64,000 nt of DNA from an uncultured SAR86 cluster bacterium (GTDB lineage: Bacteria; Pseudomonadota; Gammaproteobacteria; Magnimaribacterales; AG-339-G14), in assembly GCA_902526045.1 (NCBI GenBank), contig CABZJI010000001.1, positions 395,900 to 459,899 on the forward strand, written 5' to 3'. Below are positions 33,668 through 45,691 of this stretch, piece after piece. The translations under genes and the position numbers were made by a program. The notes beneath the pieces were generated by a model that saw only the letters and a program-made list of their open reading frames with translations, did no database searches and had not been told where the DNA came from. The stretch's first letter is position 1. Every line of letters starts with the position of its first letter.

Positions 33668-34967
33668 AAATCCAGCTAAATCATCTGGGTTGTCTGAACT
33701 TTGGGCAAGGCTTAGATTTGTTCTTTACGCAATAATTATTTATCGCATTGGAACCCATATTCCTGTTCCAGGCATTGATCCCATGAAGCTGTCTTCTTTA
33801 TTTGATCAAAATCAAGGAACCCTTCTTGGATTATTTAATATGTTTTCTGGAGGCGCTCTAGAAAGAATGAGTATCATGGCTCTTAATGTTGTTCCTTACA
33901 TTACTGCGGCTATTGTGATGAATCTTTTAGAGGCCACAACTCCAAGCTTAAAAAAAATGTTTAGACAAGAAGGTGAAGTGGGAAGGAGAAAAAGGACCAA
34001 TTATGTCCGTCTAGGCACCTTAGGACTTGCAGTAATTCAATCCAGTGGTTTTGCGATAGCATTATCGAGTCAAGGTTTAGCAAGCGCTCCTGGAAATATG
34101 TTTATTGTTACAGCAGTAATTTCTTTTGTAACTGGAACAATGTTTTTAGTATGGCTTGGAGAACAGGTAAATGAGAGAGGTATTGGAAATGGAATATCAC
34201 TCATAATTTTTGCCAGTATTGTTTCTGGATTGCCAAGAGCAATTGGCCAATCTTTTGAAGGAGCAAGACAAGGAGAAATCAACTTAATTGTACTTTTATC
34301 TGTTGCTCTTCTAGCAATTTTAGCGATTGCTTTTATTGTTTGGGTTGAAAGAGCGCAAAGAAGAGTTTCGGTTAATTACGCTAAAAGACAAATTGGTAAC
34401 CAAATGGCAATGGGACAATCTTCTCATGTGCCTTTAAAAGTAAATATGTCAGGTGTAATTCCTGCTATCTTTGCTTCGTCGATAGTCCTTTTCCCAGCTT
34501 CAATTAGTACTTGGTTTGGTCAATCTGAAGGTTTTGAGTGGTTGCAAGAAATATCACTGGCTCTAAGTCCTGGGCAACCCTTGTATGTAATAGTCTTTGC
34601 AGTTTTGATAGCTTATTTCTGTTTCTTCTACACCGCCATTCAATTTCCGGCAAAAGATATTTCAGATAATTTAAAAAGATCAGGAGGATTTTTACCTGGA
34701 ATAAGACCTGGCGATCAAACAGAGAGTTACATTGATAGTGTAATGTCTAGATTAACAGTGTGGGGCTCAATATATATGATTGCAGTATGTTTGCTTCCTC
34801 AATTCTTAATTGTCTCAGCAAATGTACCTTTTTATCTTGGGGGAACATCACTTTTAATTGCTGTAGTAGTAGTCATGGACTTCATGGCTCAGGTACAATC
34901 GCACCTTTTATCAAGTCAATATGAGTCTTTAATGAAAAAAGCTAATTTAAAAAATTATAGAAGGTAA
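33660..34967 (+). CDS. secY: Preprotein translocase subunit SecY
   Basis: [34 protein letters not shown]. Confidence 0.99.
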   Translation: MARNPAKSSGLSELWARLRFVLYAIIIYRIGTHIPVPGIDPMKLSSLFDQNQGTLLGLFNMFSGGALERMSIMALNVVPYITAAIVMNLLEATTPSLKKMFRQEGEVGRRKRTNYVRLGTLGLAVIQSSGFAIALSSQGLASAPGNMFIVTAVISFVTGTMFLVWLGEQVNERGIGNGISLIIFASIVSGLPRAIGQSFEGARQGEINLIVLLSVALLAILAIAFIVWVERAQRRVSVNYAKRQIGNQMAMGQSSHVPLKVNMSGVIPAIFASSIVLFPASISTWFGQSEGFEWLQEISLALSPGQPLYVIVFAVLIAYFCFFYTAIQFPAKDISDNLKRSGGFLPGIRPGDQTESYIDSVMSRLTVWGSIYMIAVCLLPQFLIVSANVPFYLGGTSLLIAVVVVMDFMAQVQSHLLSSQYESLMKKANLKNYRR

Positions 34968-34969
34968 TT

Positions 34970-35086
34970 ATGAAAGTAAGAGCTTCGGTAAAAAAAATGT
35001 GTAAGGATTGCAAGATAATCAAAAGACACGGCACCGTTTTCGTTATCTGTAACAACGAACCAAGACACAAACAGAGGCAGGGGTAG
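34970..35086 (+). CDS. rpmJ: 50S ribosomal protein L36, zinc-binding form (below ORF-track size cutoff)
   Basis: Manual translation [38 protein letters not shown]. Confidence 0.98.
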   Translation: MKVRASVKKMCKDCKIIKRHGTVFVICNNEPRHKQRQG

Positions 35087-35091
35087 TAAAT

Positions 35092-35448
35092 ATGGCTAGG
35101 GTAGCAGGTGTAAATATTCCAGATAAAAAACAAGCTTGGGTTTCTTTAACTCATATATTTGGTATCGGTAGAACGAGAGCTTTGACTATATGTGATCAAT
35201 TAGGCATAGAGAAAACTTCCTTGATTGGAAGCTTAAGTGAGGAAGATTTAGAAAAACTTCGAAAGGCGGTAAATGAGTTTCTTGTAGAAGGAGATTTGAG
35301 AAGAGAAATAAGTACCAATATAAAAAGACTTATGGATTTAGGAACTTTAAGAGGAATTAGACACAGAAAACATTTACCCGTGAGAGGACAAAGAACAAAA
35401 ACTAACGCTAGAACCAGAAAAGGGCCTAGAAAACCAATTAGAAGATAA
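35092..35448 (+). CDS. rpsM: 30S ribosomal protein S13
   Basis: [27 protein letters not shown]. Confidence 0.99.
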   Translation: MARVAGVNIPDKKQAWVSLTHIFGIGRTRALTICDQLGIEKTSLIGSLSEEDLEKLRKAVNEFLVEGDLRREISTNIKRLMDLGTLRGIRHRKHLPVRGQRTKTNARTRKGPRKPIRR

Positions 35449-35450
35449 AT

Positions 35451-35837
35451 ATGGCAAAACAAGGAACAAAATCAAAAAAAAATAGCAGATCGTATAATGA
35501 TGCTGTTGCTCACATATACGCTACGTTTAATAACACCATAATTAATATTACCGATAGACAAGGAAATACTTTAACTTGGGCGAGCGCCGGCGGATCGGGA
35601 TTTAAAGGCTCTAGAAAAAGTACTCCTTTCGCTGCTCAGGTGGCAGCTTCCAAGGCTGGCGATGCTGCTAAAAACTTTGGAATAAACAATCTAGAAATTG
35701 AAGTTTCTGGACCTGGAGCAGGTCGGGAGTCTGCTGTCAGAGCTTTAAACGGTTGTGGTTTTAAGATTACTAAAATCTCGGATGTAACTCCTATTCCTCA
35801 CAATGGGTGCCGTCCTCCAAAAAAGAGAAGGGTGTAA
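35451..35837 (+). CDS. rpsK: 30S ribosomal protein S11
   Basis: [26 protein letters not shown]. Confidence 0.99.
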   Translation: MAKQGTKSKKNSRSYNDAVAHIYATFNNTIINITDRQGNTLTWASAGGSGFKGSRKSTPFAAQVAASKAGDAAKNFGINNLEIEVSGPGAGRESAVRALNGCGFKITKISDVTPIPHNGCRPPKKRRV

Positions 35838-35838
35838 A

Positions 35839-36459
35839 GTGGCAAGATACAGAGGACCAAGAAATAAGTTATCGCGAAGGGAGGGGACTGATCTGCTTTT
35901 AACGAGCGGGTATAGGTCATACGAATCTAAAGTCAGATCTGAAAATCCTCCTGGACATCACGGAGCAAAGAGAATTAGAACTTCAGACTATGGTTTGCAG
36001 TTGAGAGAAAAGCAAAAAGTAAAAAGAATGTATGGAGTTTTAGAAAGGCAATTTAGAAATTACTACAAGGCTGCAGCTAGCAGCAGAGGTGAGACAGGAA
36101 TAAATCTGCTTCAATCTTTGGAGGCTAGATTAGATAACGTGGTCTATCGAATGGGGTTTGCTTCTACTCGTGCCGAAGCAAGACAATTGGTTAATCATAA
36201 ATCAGTTTTGGTTAACGGAAAAAAAGTAAACATTCCTTCTTACCAAGTAGCAGAAGGAGACGAGATAAGTATTTCTGAGAAATCAAGAAATCAAAAGAGA
36301 ATTTCTCAATCTTTTGAGATTTTCAAAACCAGGGAGCCATGTGAGTGGATAGAAGTAAATCATGATGATTTTTCAGGCATCTACAAAAATACTCCAGATA
36401 GAGATTCGCTCAGTAATGAAATTAATGAAAGTTTTATTGTTGAGCTTTATTCAAGATAA
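35839..36459 (+). CDS. rpsD: 30S ribosomal protein S4 (GUG start at 35839)
   Basis: [37 protein letters not shown]. Confidence 0.99.
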   Translation: MARYRGPRNKLSRREGTDLLLTSGYRSYESKVRSENPPGHHGAKRIRTSDYGLQLREKQKVKRMYGVLERQFRNYYKAAASSRGETGINLLQSLEARLDNVVYRMGFASTRAEARQLVNHKSVLVNGKKVNIPSYQVAEGDEISISEKSRNQKRISQSFEIFKTREPCEWIEVNHDDFSGIYKNTPDRDSLSNEINESFIVELYSR

Positions 36460-36477
36460 TTTTAAAGAGGATAATCT

Positions 36478-37470
36478 ATGACAGATAATTTCGATATGAT
36501 TAAAGATTTCTTAACTCCAAAAGAAATTTTGGTTGAAGAAGTTGATTCAAATAATTCAAAAATAGTACTGGAACCTCTTGAAAGGGGTTTTGGACACACC
36601 TTAGGTAATGCTCTGAGAAGAATTATTCTATCTTCAATTCCAGGAGCAGCGGTTTCTGAGGCAAAAATTAATGGGGTACTTCACGAATTTGGCTCTATCG
36701 ATGGAGTTAAAGAAGATGTTATTAACATCCTTCTAAATTTAAAGGGTCTTTCTGTAAGACTTTCAGATCAAGAAGAAGTCGAGATATCAGTTAGCAAGTC
36801 AGGATCTGGAGACATTAAAGGCAAAGATTTTGAATTGCCTGCTGGAGTGGAAATAGTCAATCCAGATCACATAGTTGCAACTCTTGCTGACAAAGGCTCT
36901 TTAGAGATGACGGCGAAGGTTACAAAAGGTAGAGGTTATGTTCCTGTAGATATTATCGCCTTAGCAGAAAGTGAAGATACTGAGGTAGGTTCGCTTAAGA
37001 TCGATGCTTCATATAGCCCAATTAAGAAAGTTTCTTATTCAGTCGAAAATGCCAGAGTTGAGAACAGAACTGATTTAGATAAGCTGATTCTAGAAGTTGA
37101 AACTAATGGAACAATCGATCCTGAAGAGATCGTAAGGTTAGCAGCGACTATTCTGCAAAGACAGTTGATGGCTTTTGCTGAATTAGGGTTTGAAACCGAA
37201 GAGCCAGAGGAAGATGAAGCTCCTCCGGTTGATCCTATAATGTTAAGACCTGTCGATGAACTCGAATTAACAGTAAGATCAGCTAATTGTTTAAAAGTAG
37301 AGAAAATTCATTATATTGGAGATTTGGTTACTAGAAAGGAATCAGATCTTTTGAGGACTCCTAACTTAGGTAGAAAGTCACTAAATGAAATCAAAGAAGT
37401 ACTTGCTGCTAGAGGACTATCTCTTGGTTTAGAGCTAGATAATTGGCCTCCATCAAATGTTGAAGGTTAA
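36478..37470 (+). CDS. rpoA: RNA polymerase alpha subunit
   Basis: [37 protein letters not shown]. Confidence 0.99.
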   Translation: MTDNFDMIKDFLTPKEILVEEVDSNNSKIVLEPLERGFGHTLGNALRRIILSSIPGAAVSEAKINGVLHEFGSIDGVKEDVINILLNLKGLSVRLSDQEEVEISVSKSGSGDIKGKDFELPAGVEIVNPDHIVATLADKGSLEMTAKVTKGRGYVPVDIIALAESEDTEVGSLKIDASYSPIKKVSYSVENARVENRTDLDKLILEVETNGTIDPEEIVRLAATILQRQLMAFAELGFETEEPEEDEAPPVDPIMLRPVDELELTVRSANCLKVEKIHYIGDLVTRKESDLLRTPNLGRKSLNEIKEVLAARGLSLGLELDNWPPSNVEG

Positions 37471-37473
37471 TAG

Positions 37474-37866
37474 ATGAGACACCAAAAAACAGGAAGAAAA
37501 TTTGGTCGCACAAGTGACCAAAGAAAAGCTATGTTTAAAAATATGGTCATATCTTTGATTGAGACTGAATCTATAAAAACGACTGTTCCAAGGGCAAAAG
37601 AACTTAGAGGAGTGTTTGAACCATTAGTTACTTTAGCTAAAGTAGATTCTGTTGCTAATAGAAGAAGAGCCTTTTCAAAGCTTAGAAATGATTCTGCGGT
37701 AGGAAAGCTTTTTTCAGATCTAGCCCCTAGATTCAAGGATAGGCCAGGTGGATATCTTAGAATCATTAAGATGGGACCTAGGCCCGGTGACGCAGCCCCA
37801 ATGGCTTTTGTTGAGCTTACTGAAAAGGCTGATGACTCTTCTGAAGATATATCTCAAAAAGATTAA
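37474..37866 (+). CDS. rplQ: 50S ribosomal protein L17
   Basis: [28 protein letters not shown]. Confidence 0.99.
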   Translation: MRHQKTGRKFGRTSDQRKAMFKNMVISLIETESIKTTVPRAKELRGVFEPLVTLAKVDSVANRRRAFSKLRNDSAVGKLFSDLAPRFKDRPGGYLRIIKMGPRPGDAAPMAFVELTEKADDSSEDISQKD

Positions 37867-40676
37867 TCCAGCATTTCCCTCAGAAATTTCCCAGTGTGAG
37901 ATTTTTTGATTTTTGAAATTTCTTCTGGTGTTCCTTCACCTATTATTTCACCGCCCCCCGATCCTCCTTCTGGACCGAGATCTACTATCCAATCAGAATT
38001 AGCTATTACATCTAAATTATGCTCAATAATGACTACAGTATTGCCCTGTTCATTCAATTTATTGATGACTTTTAATAATAGGTTTACATCGTGAAAATGA
38101 AGACCTGTTGTTGGTTCATCTAAAAGATAAAGAGTATCTCCAGTAGCAACTTTGCCAAGCTCTTTAGCTAATTTTACTCTTTGTGCCTCTCCGCCAGATA
38201 GAGTTGTGGCAGGTTGGCCAATTTTTATATAGCTTAATCCTACATCGAAAAGGGTTTGTAACTTTCTTTTTATGGTGGGAATCGAATCAAAAAATTTTAA
38301 GGATTCTTCTACGTTCATATCAAGAACCTCAAAGATACTTTTTCCCTTGAATTTCACCTCTAGAGTCTCTTTGTTGTACCTTTTTCCATCGCAAACATCA
38401 CATTTAACGTAAACATCAGGAAGAAAATGCATTTCTACCTTGATTAAACCATCTCCTTGACAAGTTTCACATCTGCCACCCTTTACATTAAAACTGAACC
38501 TTCCAGGTTTATAACCCCTTGCTCTCGCTTCTTCTGTTTCTGAAAATAACTCTCTTATGGGTGTGAAAATTCCTGTGTAAGTAACGGGATTTGACCTCGG
38601 AGTTCTGCCGATAGGAGACTGACTAATTTCAATAATCTTATCCAATTTTTGTTCTCCTGAAATATTTTCAAATTCTTGACAATCGTAATTAGATTTTTGA
38701 ATCTTATTTGCCAAAGCAGGGTATAAAGTTTGATTAATGAGAGTAGATTTCCCAGATCCTGAGACCCCAGTAATACTGATAATTTTTCCCAATGGTAAAT
38801 TCAAATTTACATTCTTTAGATTATTTCCATTACATCCTTTAATGCAAAGGGAACCTTTTTCAGTTTTTTGAAATTTGTCGATCTTAATATCTTTTTCTCC
38901 AGATAAATATTGTCCCGTAAGGGAACTCTTTTGATTAAGAATCTCTTTGTAATTACCTGCAAAACTGACATGTCCTCCATGAATACCTGCTCCTGGACCA
39001 ATATCAATGATATGGTCGGCACATTCTATAGTTTCTTTATCATGTTCGACGACGATAACTGTATTTCCTAAATCTTTTAGTCTAAACAAGGTAGACAAAA
39101 GTCTTTTATTATCCCTTTGGTGGAGACCAATTGATGGTTCATCAAGAATATAGGTAACTCCTACAAGCCCAGCTCCAATTTGACTTGCAAGTCTGATCCT
39201 TTGCGCCTCTCCACCACTCAAAGTATCGGCACTTCTAGATAGTGTCAGATAATTCAATCCAACATCAGATAAAAACCTTAGTCTTTCTTTAAGCTCTTTA
39301 ACTACTTTCTCTGCAATGGCTCCTTTTTTTCCCTTCAAGTTCAAGTTATTAAAAAAATCAAGGCAATCATCAATAGTCATGTTTGTGATATCCCAAAGCT
39401 CTTTCCCATTTATCTTCACAGATTTTGCCTCCTTATTTAATCTTGAGCCTTCACATGACATGCAAACAGTGTTCGTCATGTATTTAGATAAATATTCTCT
39501 AGAAAAAGCTGATTCACTCTCTCGAAATCTTCTTTCAATATTATTAAGCACACCTTCGAATGGTTTAAATGATTCTCTGAGATTCCCTCTTTTAGAAACA
39601 TAACTAAAATCTATAATTTCCCCTGAACTACCATTTAGTATTTTTTCTTTTATATTTTCGGAGAAATCCTCGAAGGGTTCATCTAAAGAAATTTCATAAT
39701 GTTTTGCTACTCTGTTGAGAAGATAATGATGGTACATCTGACTCGAATCCCATCCTTCAATTGCTCCTTGATTTAAGCTTAATTCAGGCCTCACAAGAAC
39801 TTTTCTTCTGTCAACTTGAGACTTCTGACCTAATCCATCGCAATCATCACAGGCTCCAGAAGGGCTATTGAAAGAAAACAGCCTAGGTTCTAGTAAAGCG
39901 ATACTGAAGCCACATTCGGTGCAAGCCATTTTTGTTGAAAATGTTATGTCTTTTTTTGATTCATCGAGGAAAGATACAGTCACTATTCCATCTGACTCTC
40001 TCAATGCAGTTTCTATTGATTCAGATAATCTTGATTTGTTTTTCTTCGATATAGAAAGCCTATCAATGACAATATCAATATCATGTTTTTTATTTTTATT
40101 AAGTTGAGGCAGATTATCAAGATCAATGATTTCTCCATTAATTTTTGCTCTAATAAATCCTCGCACTTTCAGGTCATTTAGTAGGATTAAGTGCTCACCT
40201 TTTTGCTGACTTACTATAGGACATAAGATAATAGCTCTTTCATTTTCCTCATCTTTAAAAAGTTTATCGACTATCTGATCGATGCTTTGAGATTCAAGGG
40301 AGATCCCATGATCTGGACAAAACGGTGTACCGACCCTTGCATAAAGCAGCCTCAAATAGTCATATATTTCAGTCACCGTCCCAACCGTAGACCTTGGATT
40401 ATGAGATGTAGATTTTTGCTCTATTGAAATAGCTGGGGACAAACCATTTATGTGATCAACATCAGGTTTATCCATGACTGACAAAAATTGTCTCGCATAA
40501 GAAGACAATGATTCAACATACCTTCTTTGACCTTCGGCATACAAAGTATCAAAAGCTAAAGAGGACTTCCCAGATCCAGATAGTCCAGTGATAACAGTAA
40601 GTTTGTCTCGAGGAATTATCACATCGATGTTTTTAAGATTATGCTGTTTAGCACCTTTGACTTCGATATTTTTCAT
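37863..40676 (-). CDS. uvrA: Excinuclease ABC subunit A
   Basis: Two Walker A motifs ([16 protein letters not shown]), two LSGGEAQR signatures, Zn fingers. Confidence 0.99.
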   Translation of the reverse strand: MKNIEVKGAKQHNLKNIDVIIPRDKLTVITGLSGSGKSSLAFDTLYAEGQRRYVESLSSYARQFLSVMDKPDVDHINGLSPAISIEQKSTSHNPRSTVGTVTEIYDYLRLLYARVGTPFCPDHGISLESQSIDQIVDKLFKDEENERAIILCPIVSQQKGEHLILLNDLKVRGFIRAKINGEIIDLDNLPQLNKNKKHDIDIVIDRLSISKKNKSRLSESIETALRESDGIVTVSFLDESKKDITFSTKMACTECGFSIALLEPRLFSFNSPSGACDDCDGLGQKSQVDRRKVLVRPELSLNQGAIEGWDSSQMYHHYLLNRVAKHYEISLDEPFEDFSENIKEKILNGSSGEIIDFSYVSKRGNLRESFKPFEGVLNNIERRFRESESAFSREYLSKYMTNTVCMSCEGSRLNKEAKSVKINGKELWDITNMTIDDCLDFFNNLNLKGKKGAIAEKVVKELKERLRFLSDVGLNYLTLSRSADTLSGGEAQRIRLASQIGAGLVGVTYILDEPSIGLHQRDNKRLLSTLFRLKDLGNTVIVVEHDKETIECADHIIDIGPGAGIHGGHVSFAGNYKEILNQKSSLTGQYLSGEKDIKIDKFQKTEKGSLCIKGCNGNNLKNVNLNLPLGKIISITGVSGSGKSTLINQTLYPALANKIQKSNYDCQEFENISGEQKLDKIIEISQSPIGRTPRSNPVTYTGIFTPIRELFSETEEARARGYKPGRFSFNVKGGRCETCQGDGLIKVEMHFLPDVYVKCDVCDGKRYNKETLEVKFKGKSIFEVLDMNVEESLKFFDSIPTIKRKLQTLFDVGLSYIKIGQPATTLSGGEAQRVKLAKELGKVATGDTLYLLDEPTTGLHFHDVNLLLKVINKLNEQGNTVVIIEHNLDVIANSDWIVDLGPEGGSGGGEIIGEGTPEEISKIKKSHTGKFLREMLD

Positions 40677-40702
40677 TTATTTATAAATAGTCTTTCAGAT
40701 GG

Positions 40703-40710
40703 ATTATAAT
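40703..40710. promoter_or_regulatory. Palindromic -10 ATTATAAT, likely bidirectional promoter for uvrA and ssb
   Basis: Perfect TATAAT on both strands, centred in the 61-bp divergent spacer. Confidence 0.55.
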
Positions 40711-40737
40711 GAATTTAGTTACAAAATAAGGTGCATT

Positions 40738-41169
40738 ATGGCTCGAAGCGGAATAAATAAGGTTATATTAGTTGGTAATCTCGGGAAAGATCCTGACATG
40801 AGGTATACGGCGGGAGGAGATGCAGTTGCAAATTTAAGTATAGCTACATCTGAAAGCTGGAACGATAACCAAACTGGAGAAAAAAAGGAAAAAACTGAGT
40901 GGCATAGAGTCGTATTTTTTAGAAGAATTGCAGAAGTTTGCGGAGAGTATTTAAAAAAAGGTTCTTCTGTGTATATTGAGGGATCATTAAGAACAAGAGA
41001 TTGGGAGGACGATCAAGGAAATAAGAGATATACAACAGAAATTATCGGGAGAGAAATGCAAATGTTAGGAGGACGAAGATCTGAAGATAACATGGATCAG
41101 AGCCCTCAAATGAATAACCCAAGCCCACAACCTGACGAGGGGCTAATAGACGATGAAATTCCTTTTTAG
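40738..41169 (+). CDS. ssb: Single-stranded DNA-binding protein (start corrected to ATG 40738)
   Basis: [28 protein letters not shown]-terminal DDEIPF. Confidence 0.99.
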   Translation: MARSGINKVILVGNLGKDPDMRYTAGGDAVANLSIATSESWNDNQTGEKKEKTEWHRVVFFRRIAEVCGEYLKKGSSVYIEGSLRTRDWEDDQGNKRYTTEIIGREMQMLGGRRSEDNMDQSPQMNNPSPQPDEGLIDDEIPF

Positions 41170-42392
41170 GGTTCTAACTTTTCAAAAACTAAACTAACGT
41201 TTGTTCCGCCAAAGCCAAAGCTATTGTTCATTACAGCATCCAAATTTTGATTTCTGACTTCAGAAACTAAGTCTAACCCTTCACCCTCATCAATGGAGCT
41301 AGAAAGATTAAGGGTTTTTGATATAAAACTGTTTTTTAGCATCAATAGTGAAAAAATACTTTCTAAAGCTCCAGCGGCACCAAGGGTATGTCCAGTTTGT
41401 GATTTTGTTGAGCTGATGGGGGGAATTTTATCTTTAAAAACTTTTTTTATAGATTCTAACTCGACAGGATCTCCAGCAGGCGTTGAAGTTCCATGCGCAT
41501 TAATATAATCAATGTTATCTTTTCCATGCATTTGAAAAGCCTTTAGCATGCAATTAGTTGCTCCTTCCCCAGATGGATGAACCATATCATCTCCATCAGA
41601 AGTGGCTCCATATCCAGTAATTTCAGCATAAATTTCAGCGTTTCTTTCTAGGGCATGATCTAATTCTTCAACGACGAGCATGCCCGCTCCTCCTGCTATA
41701 ACAAAACCATCTCTATCTTTATCAAAAGGCCTTGATGCTTTCTCGGGACTATCATTATATGAAGAAGACAACGCTCCCATAGCATCAAACATGCTAGACA
41801 TTGTCCAATGCTCGTCTTCAGCACCACCAGCTAATATTATTTTTTGTTTCCCCAATTGAATTTGTTCTAGAGCTGATCCAATACAATGGGCGCTTGTTGA
41901 GCATGCAGAGGAAATAGAGAAATTTACCCCTTTGATGCCAAAAAAAGTTGCAAGAGCTGCTGAAACAGTATTTCCCATTGTTTGAGTAACTCTGTAAGGT
42001 CCTATTCTTTTTACTCCTTTACTCTTAATTATATCTGCTGCTTCAACCTGGCTTCTCGAAGATGCTCCACCAGAACCTGCAATGACTCCAACGTCTTCTG
42101 AAGAAAACCTTGATAGATCCAAGCCTGAGTCTTTTATAGCCTCTGCGGTACTTAAATAGGCATAGCTTGCTGCTTCTCCCATAAATCTTAAATGTTTTCG
42201 ATCAATGAGATCTTTAACATTTAAATTAATGGAACCAGAAATCTGACTTCGCATATCCAGTTCTTTGTATGATTCATTGAAACATATCCCCGATGTACCC
42301 AGTTTAAGAGATTTAGTTATTTCAGAAATATTGTTACCTATGCAAGATATGGCACCAATTCCTGTTATTACTGCTCTTTTTAAAGTACTCAT
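41166..42392 (-). CDS. fabB: Beta-ketoacyl-ACP synthase I
   Basis: [10 protein letters not shown] (Cys), [26 protein letters not shown]; paired with fabA. Confidence 0.95.
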   Translation of the reverse strand: MSTLKRAVITGIGAISCIGNNISEITKSLKLGTSGICFNESYKELDMRSQISGSINLNVKDLIDRKHLRFMGEAASYAYLSTAEAIKDSGLDLSRFSSEDVGVIAGSGGASSRSQVEAADIIKSKGVKRIGPYRVTQTMGNTVSAALATFFGIKGVNFSISSACSTSAHCIGSALEQIQLGKQKIILAGGAEDEHWTMSSMFDAMGALSSSYNDSPEKASRPFDKDRDGFVIAGGAGMLVVEELDHALERNAEIYAEITGYGATSDGDDMVHPSGEGATNCMLKAFQMHGKDNIDYINAHGTSTPAGDPVELESIKKVFKDKIPPISSTKSQTGHTLGAAGALESIFSLLMLKNSFISKTLNLSSSIDEGEGLDLVSEVRNQNLDAVMNNSFGFGGTNVSLVFEKLEP

Positions 42393-42913
42393 TTAAAATT
42401 ACTAGGGTTTTCAAACAGTCCAACTTTTAAATTCTTTGCTGAATAAATTTCTTTACCATCAACGAACATTAATCCGTCTGCAACTCCGAGAACAGTTTTA
42501 GTTGAGAGCATTCTTTTTACATGTATCTCATATTTAACTGTTTTAGCATGAGGAAGTACTTGACCATAAAATTTAACCTGCCCGGCACCAAGTGCTCTTC
42601 CTATTCCATGATTGCCTGACCAAAGCAAATAAAACCCCAAAATTTGCCACATTGCGTCCAAACCCAAACATCCAGGCATTACTGGATCATCTTTGAAATG
42701 ACAACCAAAAAACCAAAGGTTCTCATTAATATCAAGTTCTGCCTCTATTAGTCCATTTGAATAATGACCCTTATCCCCAGATATTGAAGTTATCCTGTCT
42801 AGCATTAGCATGTTGCTATTTGGAAGCTTTCCATCATTTTCATCAAATAGCTTTCCCTCTGAGCAAAGTTGAAGTTCTTCTTTGGTAAAAGAATTCTTTT
42901 CTGTAAATTTCAT
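42389..42913 (-). CDS. fabA: 3-hydroxydecanoyl-ACP dehydratase/isomerase
   Basis: [24 protein letters not shown]. Confidence 0.98.
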   Translation of the reverse strand: MKFTEKNSFTKEELQLCSEGKLFDENDGKLPNSNMLMLDRITSISGDKGHYSNGLIEAELDINENLWFFGCHFKDDPVMPGCLGLDAMWQILGFYLLWSGNHGIGRALGAGQVKFYGQVLPHAKTVKYEIHVKRMLSTKTVLGVADGLMFVDGKEIYSAKNLKVGLFENPSNFK

Positions 42914-42957
42914 TAATCTCTCAAGTACAAATTATCATAGTTGATTTATTGAATCTA

Positions 42958-42986
42958 TTGCGACAAAGAACTTATTTAGATATCAT
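42958..42986 (+). promoter_or_regulatory. sigma70 promoter for rplU-rpmA-obg-proB
   Basis: TTGCGA-17 bp-TATCAT. Confidence 0.6.
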
Positions 42987-43009
42987 TCGACCTCAATTTT
43001 GGTATAAAG

Positions 43010-43321
43010 ATGTACGCGGTAATTAAAACAGGTGGCAAACAGCATAAAGTAGCTGAAGGCGAAATTCTTAAAGTTGAAAAACTCAAAGCTTCTGAAGGCG
43101 AACCTATTGATATCACTGATGTGCTCCTAATTGAGAAAGATGGTGAAGTTACTTTAGGCTCTCCTTTTATTGAAGGGGCAAAAGTAACAGCAAAAATCCT
43201 TCGACACGGAAAAGCAGATAAAGTAACAATTATCAAAATGAAAAGAAGGAAAGACTATAGAAAAAAGCAAGGGCATCGTCAGAATTATAGTGAAATTCAA
43301 ATAGAGCAAATTTCGGTTTAG
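43010..43321 (+). CDS. rplU: 50S ribosomal protein L21
   Basis: [21 protein letters not shown]. Confidence 0.99.
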   Translation: MYAVIKTGGKQHKVAEGEILKVEKLKASEGEPIDITDVLLIEKDGEVTLGSPFIEGAKVTAKILRHGKADKVTIIKMKRRKDYRKKQGHRQNYSEIQIEQISV

Positions 43322-43323
43322 GT

Positions 43324-43584
43324 ATGGCACATAAAAAAGCAGGTGGTAGTAGCAGGAACGGAAGAGATTCTGAATCTAAAAGACTTGGTGTTAAAAGGTA
43401 TGGTGGCCAAGTGGTCTCTGCTGGATCTATTTTAGTCAGGCAAAGGGGAACAAAGTTTCATCCTGGTACAAATGTCGGAATTGGAAAAGATCATACACTT
43501 TTTGCAAAAATTGACGGTACTGTTTCTTTTAGTAAAAAAGGTAGAAACCTTAGACAATTCATAAATATTACTCCTACAGATTAA
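43324..43584 (+). CDS. rpmA: 50S ribosomal protein L27
   Basis: [16 protein letters not shown]. Confidence 0.99.
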   Translation: MAHKKAGGSSRNGRDSESKRLGVKRYGGQVVSAGSILVRQRGTKFHPGTNVGIGKDHTLFAKIDGTVSFSKKGRNLRQFINITPTD

Positions 43585-43587
43585 AAA

Positions 43588-44598
43588 ATGAGCTTCATTG
43601 ACGAAGCTGCTGTTCACTTAATAGCTGGCTCTGGTGGAAACGGTTGCTTAAGCTTCAGAAGAGAAAAATACATTCCCAAAGGTGGTCCTGATGGTGGCGA
43701 TGGAGGAAAAGGTGGTAGCATTTTTCTCAAAGCTGATAGCTCCTTAACTACACTTCATGATTTTAGGTTACAAAAAAAATATCAAGCTAAAAACGGTTCT
43801 TCTGGCGAGGGGAAAAATAAACATGGCAAGGATGCTAATGACATAATTTTAAAAGTTCCTGTAGGAACTATTATTTTTGAGGAATCAACAAAAGAAGAGA
43901 TAGCTGACTTAAAAAATGATGGTGAACTTTTTGAAGTAGTTTCTGGAGGAAAGGGTGGATTAGGGAATGCAAGATTTAAGTCATCTACTAATAGAGCCCC
44001 AAGAAAGACTACGGAAGGAGAAAAGGGAGAAGAGTTATCACTACAGTTAGAACTAAGACTAATAGCAGACGTTGGTCTTTTAGGATTTCCAAATGCAGGA
44101 AAATCTACTCTGATTTCAAGTATATCTCAGGCAAAACCTAAAATTGCTGATTATCCTTTTACTACTCTAACCCCTAATCTTGGGGTAGTTGAGTCTGAAT
44201 CTCTCAATCCATATGTAATAGCAGATATTCCAGGACTAATTCCTGGAGCAGCAAAAGGGGCAGGTCTTGGGATAAGATTTTTAAAACATTTGTCTAGAGT
44301 AAAGTTATTGCTTCATCTTATTGATGTATCAGAAATTGAACCTGAAGATATAGAGGAAAAAAAGAATTCTTTAGATAAAGAGCTAAAAGAATTTGATGAA
44401 TCTTTATCTATTCTTGAACAATGGATTGTTCTGACAAAAGCAGATACAAAAAAAGGATCGAAGGAAGATTATTTATCTGAGGCAAAAAAGATTTATGGGA
44501 ATGAAGTTTTTTTAATATCTTCCGTAACAGGGGAAGGGTTGAGTGAATTAGTTAAGATAGTCAACACAAAAATCATAGAGATAAACAGTAATGAGTAA
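43588..44598 (+). CDS. obgE: GTPase Obg/CgtA
   Basis: Gly-rich Obg fold, GFPNAGKST, YPFTT, DIPG, TKAD. Confidence 0.98.
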   Translation: MSFIDEAAVHLIAGSGGNGCLSFRREKYIPKGGPDGGDGGKGGSIFLKADSSLTTLHDFRLQKKYQAKNGSSGEGKNKHGKDANDIILKVPVGTIIFEESTKEEIADLKNDGELFEVVSGGKGGLGNARFKSSTNRAPRKTTEGEKGEELSLQLELRLIADVGLLGFPNAGKSTLISSISQAKPKIADYPFTTLTPNLGVVESESLNPYVIADIPGLIPGAAKGAGLGIRFLKHLSRVKLLLHLIDVSEIEPEDIEEKKNSLDKELKEFDESLSILEQWIVLTKADTKKGSKEDYLSEAKKIYGNEVFLISSVTGEGLSELVKIVNTKIIEINSNE

Positions 44599-45376
44599 TT
44601 CAGTTGTAGTAATTAAAGTAGGCTCCTCCTTAATTTCACAAGGAAGCCTTGAAAATTCAGTATTTTTTAAAAGACTTGCAAAATGCATTCAGAAATTTAG
44701 AGGTAACAATAATAAAGTAGTTTTAGTTTCTTCTGGGGCTATATCCTATGGAATGAAGAAAAGAGCCATTGAAAAAAAACCAAAAAATATCAAACAACTT
44801 CAGTCATTATCAGCAGTTGGTCAAATAGGACTTATTAATGCCTACCAGAAAAATTTTGATAAATTTGGTTTAGAGGTTGCTCAAGTTCTCCTCAGTCACA
44901 GCGACTTTAAATCTGAAACAAAATCTTACAATATTAAATCCAGTATTAATAACCTTCTCAGATGGGGCATAACGCCAATAATCAACGAAAATGATTCAGT
45001 CTCAACAGAAGAAATTGAGAGAGGAGATAATGATCAGTTAAGTGCAAAACTAGCAAATCTTATTAATTCAAAAACACTTATTATCTACACAGATCAAAAA
45101 GGTTTATATTCGAAAGATCCAAGAACAAATAAAGATGCAGTTCTTATCGACGAAGTCTGTCTCAAAGAAATTTCAAATCAAAAAATTATTCTTGGAGAAT
45201 CTGGTAAGTTAGGAAGAGGGGGCATGAAAACTAAATTATCAGCTATGAAAATTTTCTTAATAAATAATCAAAGGACTGGCTATATTCTAAGCGGTCATGA
45301 GAGGGATCTATTTATTTCATTGCAAAACCAAAAAAAGAGAACTAGATTGAAGTTAAGCCGACTTAAGAGCTTTTAG
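44591..45376 (+). CDS. proB: Glutamate 5-kinase without PUA domain
   Basis: VIKVGSS, VSSGAI, IINENDSV, GDNDQLSA, GRGGMKTK. Confidence 0.95.
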   Translation: MSNSVVVIKVGSSLISQGSLENSVFFKRLAKCIQKFRGNNNKVVLVSSGAISYGMKKRAIEKKPKNIKQLQSLSAVGQIGLINAYQKNFDKFGLEVAQVLLSHSDFKSETKSYNIKSSINNLLRWGITPIINENDSVSTEEIERGDNDQLSAKLANLINSKTLIIYTDQKGLYSKDPRTNKDAVLIDEVCLKEISNQKIILGESGKLGRGGMKTKLSAMKIFLINNQRTGYILSGHERDLFISLQNQKKRTRLKLSRLKSF

Positions 45377-45622
45377 TTTTTTGTTGAGTCTTGATTTAGT
45401 TCTTGCAACGTGGTTTTTGGGTAGAACTTTTTTATTGGCAAGTTTATCCATCAGTTTTTGAGTTTTCATAAACTCAATCCCAGCAGCTTTAAGATCATTA
45501 TCATCGATTGCTTTTTCAAAAGCCTTAATGCTTGTCCTTGCGGAGGTACGTTGAGAGCTTTTAAGCGCATTTCTTCTATTTGCCTGCCTCGCTCTTTTCT
45601 TTGCTGACCTAATATTTGCCAT
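45353..45622 (-). CDS. rpsT: 30S ribosomal protein S20
   Basis: MANIRSAKKRARQ, KN..AR.KSRL. Confidence 0.98.
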   Translation of the reverse strand: MANIRSAKKRARQANRRNALKSSQRTSARTSIKAFEKAIDDNDLKAAGIEFMKTQKLMDKLANKKVLPKNHVARTKSRLNKKLKALKSA

Positions 45623-45631
45623 AGGTGCAGA

Positions 45632-45660
45632 ATGATGAAGATAACAAACTAATTTGTCAA
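45632..45660 (-). promoter_or_regulatory. sigma70 promoter for rpsT
   Basis: Minus strand TTGACA-17 bp-CATCAT, ending 9 nt before the ATG. Confidence 0.6.
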
Positions 45661-45691
45661 TATAATGCTTAATGAATAAGTTTATTAATTC

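Noticed and set aside
40677-40737. Possible LexA box between uvrA and ssb
   Set aside because: No CTGT-N8-ACAG match in the spacer
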